Source: Felis catus
Taxonomy: Eukaryota
Length of the DNA: 64,000 nucleotides
Assembly (NCBI RefSeq): GCF_018350175.1
Contig: NC_058368.1
Span: forward strand, 56,360,001-56,424,000
Reading direction: 5' to 3'
Positions within the stretch are counted from its first letter, which is position 1, and every line of letters begins with the position of its first letter. The translations under genes and the position numbers were made by a program. This document shows, one piece after another, positions 14,701 to 26,904 of the stretch. The notes beneath the pieces were generated by a model, which searched no databases, had not been told where the DNA came from, and saw only the letters and a program-made list of their open reading frames with translations.

Positions 14701-16194
14701 TGAACATATTATGGGTCCGTGTGTGATAACACTCTGTTAACAAAAGGATTTATTTAAACATATATATCAAAATAGTTTACAAGGATAAAGTCAGTATATT
14801 TAATTGTAGGTTTTCATTATTATTTCAAAACATTTTATATTTAGAAAATCTAATTTTATCTCATTAAAATATGTATAGAGGCAATATGATTTTCTTGTGA
14901 AAGAGAGCAATTCTGTGATATATAATTAAATATTAATCCCCGAATATATTTAATTTAAACAACTGTTTTATATCTAAAGGACTGTTGAGATTTTACACAT
15001 ACCAAATAAGAATAATTACTAAGTAATTAAGTTTGATTCTTTTAGAATTTAGCCAAAGCTTATTTTAAAAATCTAGGAGTTACTTGAAAAACAAAACATT
15101 TTTAGTGGGAGCGGAAAATTGAGACCACATTATTTTTAATTATATTTACTGAGAAAGTCAATGGCTTTTTAAAGTGATGTATGGATATTTAGGTAAATAG
15201 TAAAAGTTTTGTTCACTATTTTAGGTTATTTTACCTCTAATTCACAGAATATCATAGCTGTTTGAAGGTGAACATGTAAACGTTTGTATTTGTAGTTTGA
15301 GTTTGCACTGAGATTGTAAAAAATTTAGATTGTTATAATGTTTAATGTTGCCATAAATATGAATTTAGTAATTGTGTAGACTTAGTCAAACACCTGAGTT
15401 TCACATTTTCAAAATCTGGAATTCTGAATGTAATAAGTTGAAAGTTAAAATATTAGTAAATTATTAATAAATTAGCAATACTATTTTGCACTACCCTGAC
15501 TATATTTTCAGTAGAGTGCATAAGAATGCATATGTTTAAATAGGTTAAATACCATAAAAATATTTGAAACTAATTTTCCTTTAATTGAAGAGGAAAGTTC
15601 ATAGCCATTATCAATTCTTCTTCTTAACAACTGTATGAAATATGGTAAATTTTATTAGTTGTAAGTTTTTTGAGGGAAAATATTTTTCCTGTTTTAGTTA
15701 CCAATCTATACTTGCATCCAGCAAATTTCCCGAAGAAACAGTGGATGCTCAGAAATCTTTGCTGAATAAATAACTGAATGAATTATTACTATCTTCATGA
15801 TATAAAAGAGATCACTATGCCCTTTGTAAACTACCAGAAATCTCATAATTAGATATTCATTTATCTATCCTGTGCCTTTAAGTTTCAAAATGAAAGACAG
15901 TATCTGTTAATTATTTTTGCATCCTGATTCCCAAGCTTGACTCTTGGTAAAAAGCTTTCTGGTGCTAGGGGAAAAAAACATATGTTAAAACAACCAAGTC
16001 ATTAGCTATTTATACATCTTTATTTGTCACTATTTTCAAATAATTTGTTATTCCTAAAGAGAGTTTTTAAAATAAAACTTGACGAGAAAACCTGACTTTC
16101 ACTTCCTGAAATGTGACCTAAAGGACCATTATTTCTGTTTTCCCTTTTGGGATAATATATCTAAATTTTCACTCAAAGAAAGTAAAATTAAAAA

Positions 16195-16260
16195 AAGAAA
16201 ACCTAAGCTACAAGACTATATATATATATATATATATATGTGTATATATATATATATGTG

Positions 16261-16311
<51 letters not shown>

Positions 16312-16470
16312 GTATATATGTATGTGTATATATATATACATACATATATACGTATATATGTATATACATATGTATATACATATATACGTATATATGTATA
16401 TATATACACACACACGTGTATATGTATACAATGAATTATTATTATGAAAGAAAAACTAAGCTACAAGACC

Positions 16471-16505
<35 letters not shown>

Positions 16506-16538
16506 TATGTATATATACAATGAATTATTATTATGAAA
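16195..16538. repeat. Tandemly duplicated cassette containing compound (TA)n/(CA)n microsatellites
   Basis: Left flank aagaaaa(c/a)ctaagctacaagac at 16195 and 16448; right flank atacaatgaattattattatgaaa at 16426-16449 and 16515-16538. Confidence 0.92.
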
Positions 16539-16754
16539 TTATTTTTAAATTGTCAGAGAACTTGATGAATAAAAACATTCAAATCATTAAAAAAGAATAA
16601 TTGTAGCAAATTACATGTCCTTGTTTTGTACTTTCTTGATTAATTGGATATATATAAATCAAAGACATGCCTGGAAGGTAAGAGAGTAACTGAAATTTCC
16701 TCATCTTCCAGGGCTGAATACCTTATTTGAATGTATATGTAACAGGGCATTATT

Positions 16755-16983
16755 TTATTATTTTATTTTTTTTAATGTTTATTTGTTTGAGAGAGAGAGA
16801 GCAAGAGAGCAAGAGACAGACTGTGAGCAGGGACAGGCAGAGAGGGAGACACAGAATCTGAAACAGGCTCCAGGCTCCAAGCTGTCAGCACAGAGCCTGA
16901 TGCAGGGCTCAAACCCATGAACCGTGAGATCATGACCTGAGCAGAAGTTGGATGTTCAACCAACTGAGCCACTCAGGTGCCCC
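16755..16983 (-). mobile_element. Can-SINE (feliform type)
   Basis: Perfect 17-bp TSD tgtaacagggcattatt (16738-16754 / 16984-17000). Confidence 0.97.
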
Positions 16984-17863
16984 TGTAACAGGGCATTATT
17001 AAAAAGTTATTTTCACTCAAAATATCAGCAATTATGAATATGAGCAACAAATTTACTCTTCTTGGAATCAACCTGATGGGATGAGTACACAGAAAATAAT
17101 TGACCACTTCTGTTTTTCCTTGGAACCACCAACTTCCTTGTCTGTGAACTCAGGTACTACTTTTTAACGTGAGTTACTGCTGGCAATCATCAACACAATC
17201 AGCGTTCATTTCTCAACAGTCCTATAAGATTTTATACTGTGTAATCTTTTATCACAAACACCCTTACATTTATCAATCAAATACATTCCAGTGTGCCACC
17301 AAAGAAAATAACATATACTATTGTTCTTTAATGAAAAGTACATACTCTTTTTCATTAGATATTTTTGACTTTCGGGACGGTTGCCAATGTCCCTCTTTAC
17401 TGTGAAAAATGCTGCCATCCACAGACACTTATACCAATTGTGATTATATTACCTGTCCCTGGTTCCCACAAACACAGTGAATCAGAATGGAATTGATGTA
17501 TGCCCACTGCTGAAGCCATGAGATTCTCTAGAACTTGGAGTGGGACTTAGAGCAAGCAAACACTATCTCTGCTGGTATCTTGCATGGTAAAGACAAAAAC
17601 CTCAAAGTTACATAGAGATCCATTAAGCTGCCAAACGCAATATAAAACATATACGATGGGATATTGATAGATACTGTGTTTTTACATTTTGTAGAGTAAA
17701 ATCTATGTTGTTTCATATAATTTCTTTGTTATAGAATAGTGCGTGGAATTAAGAAAATTATTGGCTTTTTTGTTGGACTAGTGTATAGTGGGACAGTGAT
17801 CTTCAAAAGTCAAATCATTTGAGTAACTTAAGAAAGTGATTGGAATTGAAAATGTACACTTTA

Positions 17864-18079
17864 AGGGCACCTGGGTGCCTCAGTCGGTTGAGCATCCAAC
17901 TTCATCTCAGGTCATGATCTCCGAGTTCGTGAGTTTGAGTCTTGCGTCAGGCTCTGTGCTGACAGCTGTGAGCCTGGAGCCTGCTTCAGATTCTGTGACT
18001 CCCTCTCTCTCTGCCCCTCCCCCACTCATGCTCTATTTCTCTCAAAAATAAATAAACATTAAAAAAAAATTTTTAAAGG
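17864..18079 (+). mobile_element. Can-SINE (feliform type)
   Basis: Perfect 14-bp TSD aaatgtacacttta (17850-17863 / 18080-18093). Confidence 0.97.
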
Positions 18080-18574
18080 AAATGTACACTTTATGTCGCC
18101 TATCATATTTCAAATTAAAAGCTAGCTTTTACGCAACAGAGAACAAAGATTATTTGTGAAACCATGACTATTCCCAAGACTTCCTTCTCTGTACCCACTA
18201 CCAACACACTCACCTTCACTTCATATGGAATCTCAGCAAGAAGGGAAGGGCTACCTGGATATAATTAATTATAGATATCTTACTGTATTATTGGACTTAC
18301 TCTAAAAATCCAAGGGCACAATGTGACTTTAGGTCTAAGTGTTTTGCACCAGAGACAAGAAATAATTAGTTAATGCTTATAAACTGAGCAATTCTAGCAA
18401 CAGGAATCAAATAGCAATACACAGGTTTTTTGTTTTTGGTTTTTTTTTTTTTTTTTTTTTGGAATATGCTTGTAACAGGTAATTATCAAAGGAAACAGGA
18501 ATTTAACAGTATATAAGAATATGGAGGAAAGCACAAGTGTGAAGACTTAAACTATTCTTAGAGGTAAACTTAAG

Positions 18575-20981
18575 CCCTTTTCTGGCCAGTGGTCAGGGGG
18601 CACAAGAAGGCAGAATGTGTTGTCAAATCCTTGGAGCAGCTGTGGGTGAGGAATATCACCTGAGGACTCCAGATGCCTCTCTAGAGCATGAGCCCAGGCA
18701 CGGGCACCCGCTGCAACTGCTTCTCTGAGGGACTTGCCAACCTTTCCACCCCAGACATTGCCACCAGGACCAGAACGGAAATAACCTTCAAGCTGCCTTT
18801 TTGGTTGTCAGCACCATCAGGAAAGCTGATGGGACCCATGTGTGCAAAAGCATGCTTGCCTATTCTCCATGGATGAGGAGGACATCATGCCCCCTATCAG
18901 TACCTCTGCCACTCAGACACTGCCATTTGGTCACCTCCCTGCACTGTGAGTCCAGCATGACCCCACTCTCCACTTTCTCACTGCCTGAGGCAAACGATGT
19001 GCAGGGGCCACTGGTGTTTGCAGAGCAGCCCTCAAAGAAGCCCTGCACCAGCTGTATTGCAGTGTGTTCTAGGACTCTGTGGCATCACATGTGGGCACAT
19101 GTTCTGTCAAAGGTGAGCCATGCAGTTGTTTAAACCTAAGATGAATTAGAAGTTAATACTTACAGTTTTAAGGAATTATAAAAATAAAACAAAATTACAA
19201 AAAAAAAAAAAAAAAAGAAAAGAAAAAATGAGCCATACAGGCACAGAAGTGTCCCCTGGTCAATACCAAGCTGATGGTGGTGGTGAACATTGTTATGGCA
19301 GAGCAGATCAAGGAGCTCTTCATCCATTAAGCTCAGTGCCTGGAAGGACCACAAGGGCAACCTTGCCTACAGACCTGTGCAGTGCCTCAAAAACCCCAGC
19401 TGCCTGCCTTTCCTTAAGATGAACCTGGAGGCCCACCTCAAGGTGTGTGAGCATAAGTGTCCCACCCCAAGAACAGGTACATGGTTCACCAAGGCCCAGG
19501 ACACATATGGTATATACCTGGAGACTTGCTGCTTCCAGGGCTTGAAAGAATTCTTGCAGCTGACAAAATACCACTTCTAGAAATGCACATGGTACTAGTG
19601 TGGAAGATCCAGGAGATGCTTTCCTGTGCTCTGTGCTTGGCAAGCTGCAGGAGAAGCTGGTGAAGAGCATCAAGATCAAGTGTGATGTCCTAAATGAAAA
19701 CCAGAGCAAGCTCAGCAAGGGTGTCATGGAGTTTCATAGGGGTGTGACCACGCTGAATGACCAGCTGTCTTGCATCAGTGCACACCTGAACATGGGAATC
19801 CTAAGGATCCCATGATCTTCAGCAGATCTTCCATTCAAAGGACTCTTCCTGGGCCCTGTCTGGTGTCTTTGCTTCCATTCCACAGGTTACCTGCTCTTCA
19901 GTGGCTTCTCCAACAGGACCATCAATGTGTGGGACACATGTATCACCTATAAGTGCCAGAAGACACTGGAGGACCGTAATGGCATTGTGCTGGCATTCCA
20001 CATCCTGGGGTGCAAGCTCTATAGCAACACAGAAGACTGTGCCACAATTTTGTGAAACATCTTGTAGAAGATGGCATGACAGCAGTGTGAATGCTGGTTT
20101 TCTTAACATGGCATGCTCTTCAGAGGCTCCCTGAAGGCCATCAAGGTCTGCAACATCTTGGGCACCCAGCTGAAGTTGAAGAAGCTCATGGCCCTCAGCC
20201 ATTGGGTGTGGGCCCTGATAGTCACCCAGAGGCACCTGTATAGTGGCTCCTACCAATGAAAATCTGGAACATCTAGACCCTCTACTGTATCCATATCCTA
20301 CAGACATTTGGCAACAACATCTATACATGTGATAAAACACTACATTGTCTATGGCACATAGAACTCATTCATGTGGTGGGGGGGGGGGGGCATGGACCTA
20401 AGGAGCAGGTGTGGACCCTGACAGTCCACAGGCACTGTGTACGCCCTTGAAGCCCTACCAGACCCAAGTCTTAAGCCCCTGCTATAACCAGTCCCTCAGG
20501 GTCCGAAGTAAAAGCAGCATGATCTGTACATAATTCCTGCTGTGTCTCCAGGGTGCAACATGACTGTGATGGTTGTGTCCCAGGGCTGACTCTTCTCAGG
20601 GACTGTGGGCTGCACTGTGAAGATTTGGGCTTGCTTGCTGACAGGAAATCCAGACTGAGTGTTGGCTTCTTCTGGGGCAGGCTGGCCACATGGGTAGTCT
20701 CAGCATCTCTGCCAGCTTTGTGGGGATAGGCGGACAGGCTCAGCCTGCCCAGTAGTGCCCTCCCTGCTCTACACTCAGCAAGCTTCCTTCTGCTTGGTCC
20801 TGCCCTCAATGCTGACAAAACAATGCCCAATCCCTCTCTCCAGGTGCCAAGTTGGATGCTCTCCTTGCCCCACCTCTGTCCCTACCTCAGATGGACTGAG
20901 GGTTCTTTTACTGTTCTTAGACTGTATGTAGATTTGATTACTTCCTGATTGAAATAAAAACCTCACAGAATATGAAAAAAA
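18575..20981 (+). pseudogene. TRAF7: Processed pseudogene of TRAF7 (RING/zinc finger, coiled coil, WD40 E3 ligase)
   Basis: ATG at 18688 after 'agatgcctctctagagc'. Fragments in shifting frames match TRAF7 throughout: [112 protein letters not shown], and terminal VKIWAC with TGA near 20639-20641. No introns; many frameshifts, stops and CpG decay. AATAAA at 20953-20958 and a short A-tail at 20975-20981. The 5' boundary is approximate. Confidence 0.95.
19126..19228 (+). mobile_element. Short orphan retroposed insert (unknown source, AATAAA plus poly(A)) inside the TRAF7 pseudogene
   Basis: Flanked by TSD tgagccatgcag (19114-19125) / tgagccatacag (19229-19240). AATAAA at 19183-19188 and A-tail at ~19199-19228. 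Removing the insert plus one TSD copy restores TRAF7 collinearity (CGHMFC...KCP). Confidence 0.85.
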
Positions 20982-22379
20982 GATATACTAAATTTAATCT
21001 GAACAAAATATTTAGAATTGGATTTAGACAAAGTGTTCATCAAGGTTGATCAAACCACAAGTTAATGTTTATAGTATTCTTTTGAGGTGTTTGCCTGGGC
21101 ATGGAAAAAAAATAAAGTGAAATAGATGAGTTGCTGATTTGTGGGAGACATGATTTTAGTGTGGAAAGTTAAAGTAATTTTTTAGTCTTTAATGTAACAA
21201 AGATGATACATATCTACAAATATGAGAGTAACAAATATACCATGGTCATTTTTACAGCCTTTGGTCTTAAAATATGTTATGTATGTGGTGCATTCATATG
21301 CTTTTCAATCACATCATCTCCCTAATATTGTGCAGTAGAAGCATGTTGCAAATCTAAAGTATAGTGGAAAATACATATTTGATATTAGAGATTGATCTGC
21401 TAATATTCGTACAAAGACTGCGTTTAAAATATACACTTATCCCAAAGGTGGCATTTTACCAATTTATGAGTTTCCAGTTGTAGTTGGCAAAGCTCATAGC
21501 CTGACCTAATCAGCACTTTAAAGTTGTATCCAATGAAATCCAACATAGGCATCTGTGATAGCTTAAGCAGTATGTGTGGAATTATTTCTGGGTTATGTTT
21601 TCTTCTGCATGGTTTAAATCTAAGAGCTATTACACAAGAATTCAGTACAAAAAAAAAAAAAACAAAGTGATTCTGATCAACTCTCTGCTCTTATAAATCC
21701 CACACACTTGGGAGAGAAATGGATGTTGTACAAAAGATTCAAATGACAACAGCTGCAGACAAGCTGTGCATCTGGCACATTCTGACTCTTGTTATAAGCA
21801 CATAGTACAAGTGACAATTGCTTTCCCTTAATCCTGTGATTGTGGTCTGTACAATTTGAATCATCTTTCCGTAACTTTTGGACCTCCTACAGACATCTAT
21901 GTCCCAAATTTCATCTTTCATTGCATTACATCATGGTATTGTAGCAGTGTGCCATGACCCTATAAATTGATATTTTATATGCTGCCTCTGTATGCACTTA
22001 ATACTGATAAAAAGAAAATCACTTATAACAGTAATAGGGTGAGACAGACAAATAAGACTTATTTAGAGGTATAACAGCCACACTCAGTTTTATAAATGTT
22101 GATATTTTTTTCTTGTTAGTTTCAATTCAGCAAATATTTATTATAGCCTACACTATGGGAGATAGCAAAAATGTAATCCCTGTATTCAAGGGGACAAAGC
22201 TTGCTCATGAAACATTTAAATGTAATCCAGCACAGTACTTCTGTGCTAAGATATTTGGTGCAAATTTTAAGTTTTATAGATATTCTGAAATGATGCAACT
22301 AAGGGTATTTTTCAGGTAAATACACCTGCCTTTATGGTGGCATTCTCTTAGCCAATCACGGTAGCTGCATGTACTGAGC

Positions 22380-22590
22380 ACATACCATTTACCAGACACT
22401 ACATATTCACTCATTTAATTATCCCAATTACTGTGGGGGTCATTTAGTACTCTTAGACCATTAGGTCACAGATGAAAACAGAGTTTGAGGAAATTAAATA
22501 TGTCTCATTGTTCCTTGCACTAAATTCAGAGAGGATTCAAGACCAGGACTCTATGATTCCAGAATTCATTTCCTTAAGCCTTCACTATCT
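22380..22590 (-). mobile_element. MIR SINE
   Basis: cagatgaaaacagagtttgaggaaattaaata...ggattcaagaccaggactctatgattccaga resembles the MIR core. Confidence 0.6.
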
Positions 22591-22624
22591 TGGCTAATCA
22601 GGTGCTATTATGCACAATATGTGT

Positions 22625-23040
22625 TTTTTTTTTCTTCACCACCTTTACTGAGATATAATTGACACATGGCATTGTGTAACTTTAAGGTGTACAACATGCT
22701 GGATACACTTATATATTAAAATATGATTACTACCATAGTGTGAGTTAACACCTCCATCACTTCACATAATTTCCATTTCTTTTCTTGTCTGAAAGCATTT
22801 AAGATCTACTCTCTTAGCAACTTTCAAGTATATCATATGGTATTGTTATCTACATCACAATGCTGTATATTAGATCCCCAGAACTTAACAACTGGAAATT
22901 TATATCCTTCTACCAATATCTCGTCATCACCTCCCCACATACACACCCACCCACACCTAAACCGCCCATCCCTCATCCCTTCCAGGCCCTGATAATCACT
23001 ATTCTAATCTCTGTTTCCACAAGTTTGGTTTTCTTTCATA
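22625..23040 (-). mobile_element. L1 3' end (L1MA9-like)
   Basis: ctttactgagatataattgacac...aagatctactctcttagcaactttcaagtata...tattagatccccagaactt, typical of an L1MA 3'UTR in antisense. Confidence 0.85.
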
Positions 23041-23049
23041 TATTTTTTA

Positions 23050-23257
23050 AAAATTTCTCAATATCCATAGAGAAATTTTGCAACATGGGACATTTTCGAT
23101 GTCTGGAGAAGGTTTTGTTTTCATGACTGGAGGAGGAGCTGTTCCTGCATCAGGTGAATAGAAGCCAGAGATCCTGCTAATCCCCCTGCACTGTACAGGA
23201 CAGGTGACTCCCTTCAACAAAGATTTATTCTGCCAAAAGTGTCAAACACTGCCAAGG
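23050..23257 (+). mobile_element. MER20-type hAT-Charlie DNA transposon fossil
   Basis: gggacattttcgatgtctggaga...gaagccagagatcctgctaa...tgtacaggacag...caacaaagatttattctgccaaaagtgtcaaacactgccaagg follows the MER20 consensus. Confidence 0.8.
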
Positions 23258-23265
23258 AGACCTTA

Positions 23266-23447
23266 GGTAGGTCATTCTTTGTTGCAGAAGGGTATCGTGT
23301 GCACAATTGCTTGGTTAGCCTCTGACCCCTACACATTACATTGCATTAGCATTCCCTCCTCCAGTTATGCCAACCAAAAATATCTGCATATATTAACAAA
23401 TATCCCCTGATGGTGGGGTGGATAACATCTTTGTTTGACAGCTACTG
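23266..23447 (-). mobile_element. Second MER20-type copy in opposite orientation
   Basis: Minus strand cagtagctgtcaa...caggggatatttgttaatatatgcagatatttttggttggcataactggaggaggg...caacaaagaatgacctacc. Confidence 0.75.
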
Positions 23448-23787
23448 CCTTGGAGTAATTAGCTCATAGAAAAGTGAGGAAGACAGAGAACTAGGCTTGC
23501 CCAGATAGCCATATTTCATGTAGCTAAAAGAGGAGCAAACAAGGTTCTTTCCTGAAACAGAGCATCAGGAAATTAATTTTGCCTACGTTGGTTCATGGAG
23601 TCTTCACTATAATCTGGCTGTAAAATAGATTATAAGAACACATAGGGTAATACCAGTCATGTAGGAAAAGGAAAGTCATTTGATTGAAAGGGATAAACTT
23701 GTGCAAAGTCCTAGCAGACAATGAAAAATGTGACAAATGCAGGAAGTGAGAGCATGTTCATGCACTCATCAATAGAGCGAGAGCAGG

Positions 23788-24365
23788 TGTGATGGTTAAC
23801 TTTGTGTGAGGGTGTTTCTGATAAACATTTGAATCAGTAGATCCAGTAAAGTCAATTGTCCTCCCTGATGTGAGTGAGCCTCATACAATCAATTGATGAC
23901 CTGAATAGAACAAAAAGACTAAGTAAGGGGAAATTTCTGCCTTATTGCTTAGGCTGGGACATTGCACCAGCTTTCAAACTTCTACTTAAACATTCCTTTT
24001 CCTTGTGTCTTGAGCCTGCTAGCTTTCGGACTGGAACTTATATCATCAACTCTATTCTTCTCAGACATTCAGATTCAGACTAGTGTCACACATCTATTAT
24101 CCTGGGGTTCCCAGTCATAATCACATAATCATGTGAGCCAGTCCCTTATAATAAATGTCTTTAAATAATCTCTTTTTCTTTCTCTTTCACTATGTATATA
24201 TTATATGTATACATATACACACACACATATATATGTGTGTATACACATATATAATATGTATATAATGTATATGTAATAACTACAAGTAAGGTGAAAAAAC
24301 ACACTTCCTATTGAAGTATACACATCCTATTCATTCTATTTCTGTGGAGAACTATGGCAATAAAG
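23788..24365 (+). mobile_element. MLT2-type ERVL LTR with internal TA/CA microsatellite
   Basis: tgtgatggttaact..., gatgacctgaatagaacaaaaagact, atcatgtgagccagtcccttataataaat, end catcctattcattctatttctgtggagaac. Confidence 0.8.
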
Positions 24366-24471
24366 GAAGTGTGAGGTCATGTAGCAGAGAGACCAGGTTG
24401 GAGAATGAGGCTGGAGTCAGACTCCTCAGGACTCATGTAATAAGCTGAGACATTTTAACTTAAATGTTTAG

Positions 24472-24682
24472 TCTCTCTTTGTTTTTAAGTTTATTTATTT
24501 ATTTTGAGAGATACAGAGTGCATGCATAAGCTGTGGAGGGGCAGAGAGAAGGAGAGACAGAATACCAAGAAGACTCCGTACCACGCAGCTAGATATGGGG
24601 CTCAAACTCACTAACTTTGAGATTATGACCTCAGCTGACATCAAGAGTCGGATGCTTAACTGACTCAGCCACCCAGGCACCC
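24472..24682 (-). mobile_element. Can-SINE (older subtype)
   Basis: atcaagagtcggatgcttaactgactcagccacccaggcaccc head; TSD-like taacttaa on both sides. Confidence 0.93.
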
Positions 24683-26904
24683 TAACTTAATTTTTGAATG
24701 ATATTCTCAAATATCCTAAAGGAAACATGAGCTACTTTAAAATTTTGATATGTTTGTTATTTTCCATGTGCTACCTGCCAAAATGACGAATCCCAATATT
24801 GGGTTAGATATGCTTGTTCATGAATTTATTGGTTTGAGGAAAAGGGTTTTGTTAACAGTGTAGAGTAGAGCCAGGTTGGGATAAGCTGGGGGCTGAATGA
24901 AAAGTCCTTTTGCTGGAAATGAGCCGAGAGGTGATAAGGATAGGCATGGGTTTCTAATCACAGAATTAAGGAAGGACAGTTTAGGCAGCAGGAACAACAC
25001 ATAGGGGATATAATAAAGAGCAATATTTAGGTAACAGTAACTCTTCCCCATTCAACAATGTGTCATACAATCTACTCTTTGTATCCCAACATGGCTTCAA
25101 AGAGGTCATATTTATGTTTCATTTTCCCAAGGGCAAAGATTGCTTGAGAACGTTAACAATATGTCTGTTTTCTTCACTTAAATATTTTCAGTTTCTAAAC
25201 CACTTAGGTCACATATAATTTAAATACATAAAACATCTATCCCCTTCTACTTTGTTCTTGGTACCAAATATGAGTTTAAAAGAGCTCCCCTACCCCCAAA
25301 TGAATACATTTGGTTACTTGTTTCTTACATACAATAACCAGCTACAGTTAAGTATTTAAAAGAACACTTATTTGGAGGGCCAGATTTATTCGCCCCTGGA
25401 AAAAAATTATGAAACTTTGATAACTAGACAAATTATTATCTGATATTATCCATATTTCTCTCCATGAACTACATAACACATGTCTAGTAAGAAAACAAAC
25501 ACAAGAGCTAAGAGTTAGCAAGCAAGAAGGTTTTCTTTTTCTCTGTATTTTATCTAAGTTAACTGAGTGAGTCCAATAAAACCTTCGAGGCAATCATTCC
25601 TGAATTATTATATGCTCCCCACTACACCCTGGAGACACATACACTGACAGAAATACAGGTGGCTGTGGAGCACTTCACTTAATTGGACCAATGTTATGAG
25701 CTAACATTAAGCTCTAGTATGACAGAGATTGTTTTGGCAATTCAGAAAATCTAGGATTTTTACTGACGAGTAAGTAAATAACTGTCTGAATCACGTTCTT
25801 CATGATCTTTAGAATGGCTCCAGGCAAAAATGGGAATTAAAAGTCTGTCTTAGCAGTTCTCACCTCGCCACCTATCAAACTCCTCTTGGTAGAAAAGACT
25901 TAAACTGATCTGTTTACAAATGTGCACGATTGAAAATCAGTGTGTTGCTTCTCTTAAGTATAATGTTTTTTAACCTTATTTGTAGTTATAAGTAAAATGT
26001 TCTGTTCAGTTTAAAAGACTCATACTTTCGAAGCAGGTAGGTTAAACATTGATCTGGCATAGATACCTTTCAGCCTCCCCTATCACTCTAGCTTCTGTCC
26101 CTGCCTTCAGGCCAACCACAGAACAGTGGCTTACCACTTAAGACACAGGTGAACCATGATAGAGTGTTACAGAGATATTATAGAAAAGAGGGGAGAAAGA
26201 AAAGAGGGTAATTAGACTTTGAAGAGCGGTTAGCGCTCCTGGGAAGTTAGGTAGAAACCATAGTTATGCCCTCCTGCATTCATCTTTTATTTTGGGAATG
26301 TCACTGATGGTTGAGATTTGTGCTATGTTCGTGGATTGATGGATTGACCCTACTTGATTTCAGAGCAGGTATGGTATGTTGCTGAAATATGTATTTTTCA
26401 TTTTATACTTTCTTCTGAATTATGATTCTCATAAATCACATTTCAAAAGCCACGTTGTTTATGAAAAAACTATATATAGATATAAACTATAGTTACATAT
26501 ATATACAATAATATATATATATGTATTACTGAAATCATGTGGAAATATAAAAGTTTAATAAGTTTAGTCACAACATTAGTAATTCATTCTCATATACAAC
26601 AGAACCTGAAAGAATGTCATTTCAGGCTGAATTTGAGAACCAAATAACAATGCATTTAATGCTGATCCATGGTCTGTCTCTGACCAAAGAGGAGAAAATA
26701 TCCTCTTACAGTGCACCAAAGTTTTGTATTTTTCCATTCTTTATAAAAGCTGACACACCAAATAAAGTCCAATCAGGAAATGCAAACGAAATCAATCAAT
26801 TTTACTTTTACAGGGACTATGAGATAATGTCAACACTTCCTCATTCCCCCTGGCTAAACTGTTTTAAATGTTTAGCTAATTAAAATGTTATGCTGTTGTC
26901 CAAT

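Noticed and set aside
16079..16447. Cluster of Y/I/T/H/C-rich ORFs
   Set aside because: Translations of the TA/CA microsatellite.
18421..18480. Poly-T run flanked by acaggt on both sides, a possible tiny antisense retro-insertion
   Set aside because: The 6-bp repeat is too short to be a convincing TSD and the body is only ~14 nt.
19819..20340. 173-aa minus-strand ORF (and the 135-aa and 119-aa neighbours)
   Set aside because: Antisense shadows of the GC-rich TRAF7 retrocopy with no recognisable protein features.
20378..20390. G-run as a functional G-quadruplex
   Set aside because: A homopolymer expansion inside a dead pseudogene (similar run at ~48246-48261); its length may also be a sequencing artefact.
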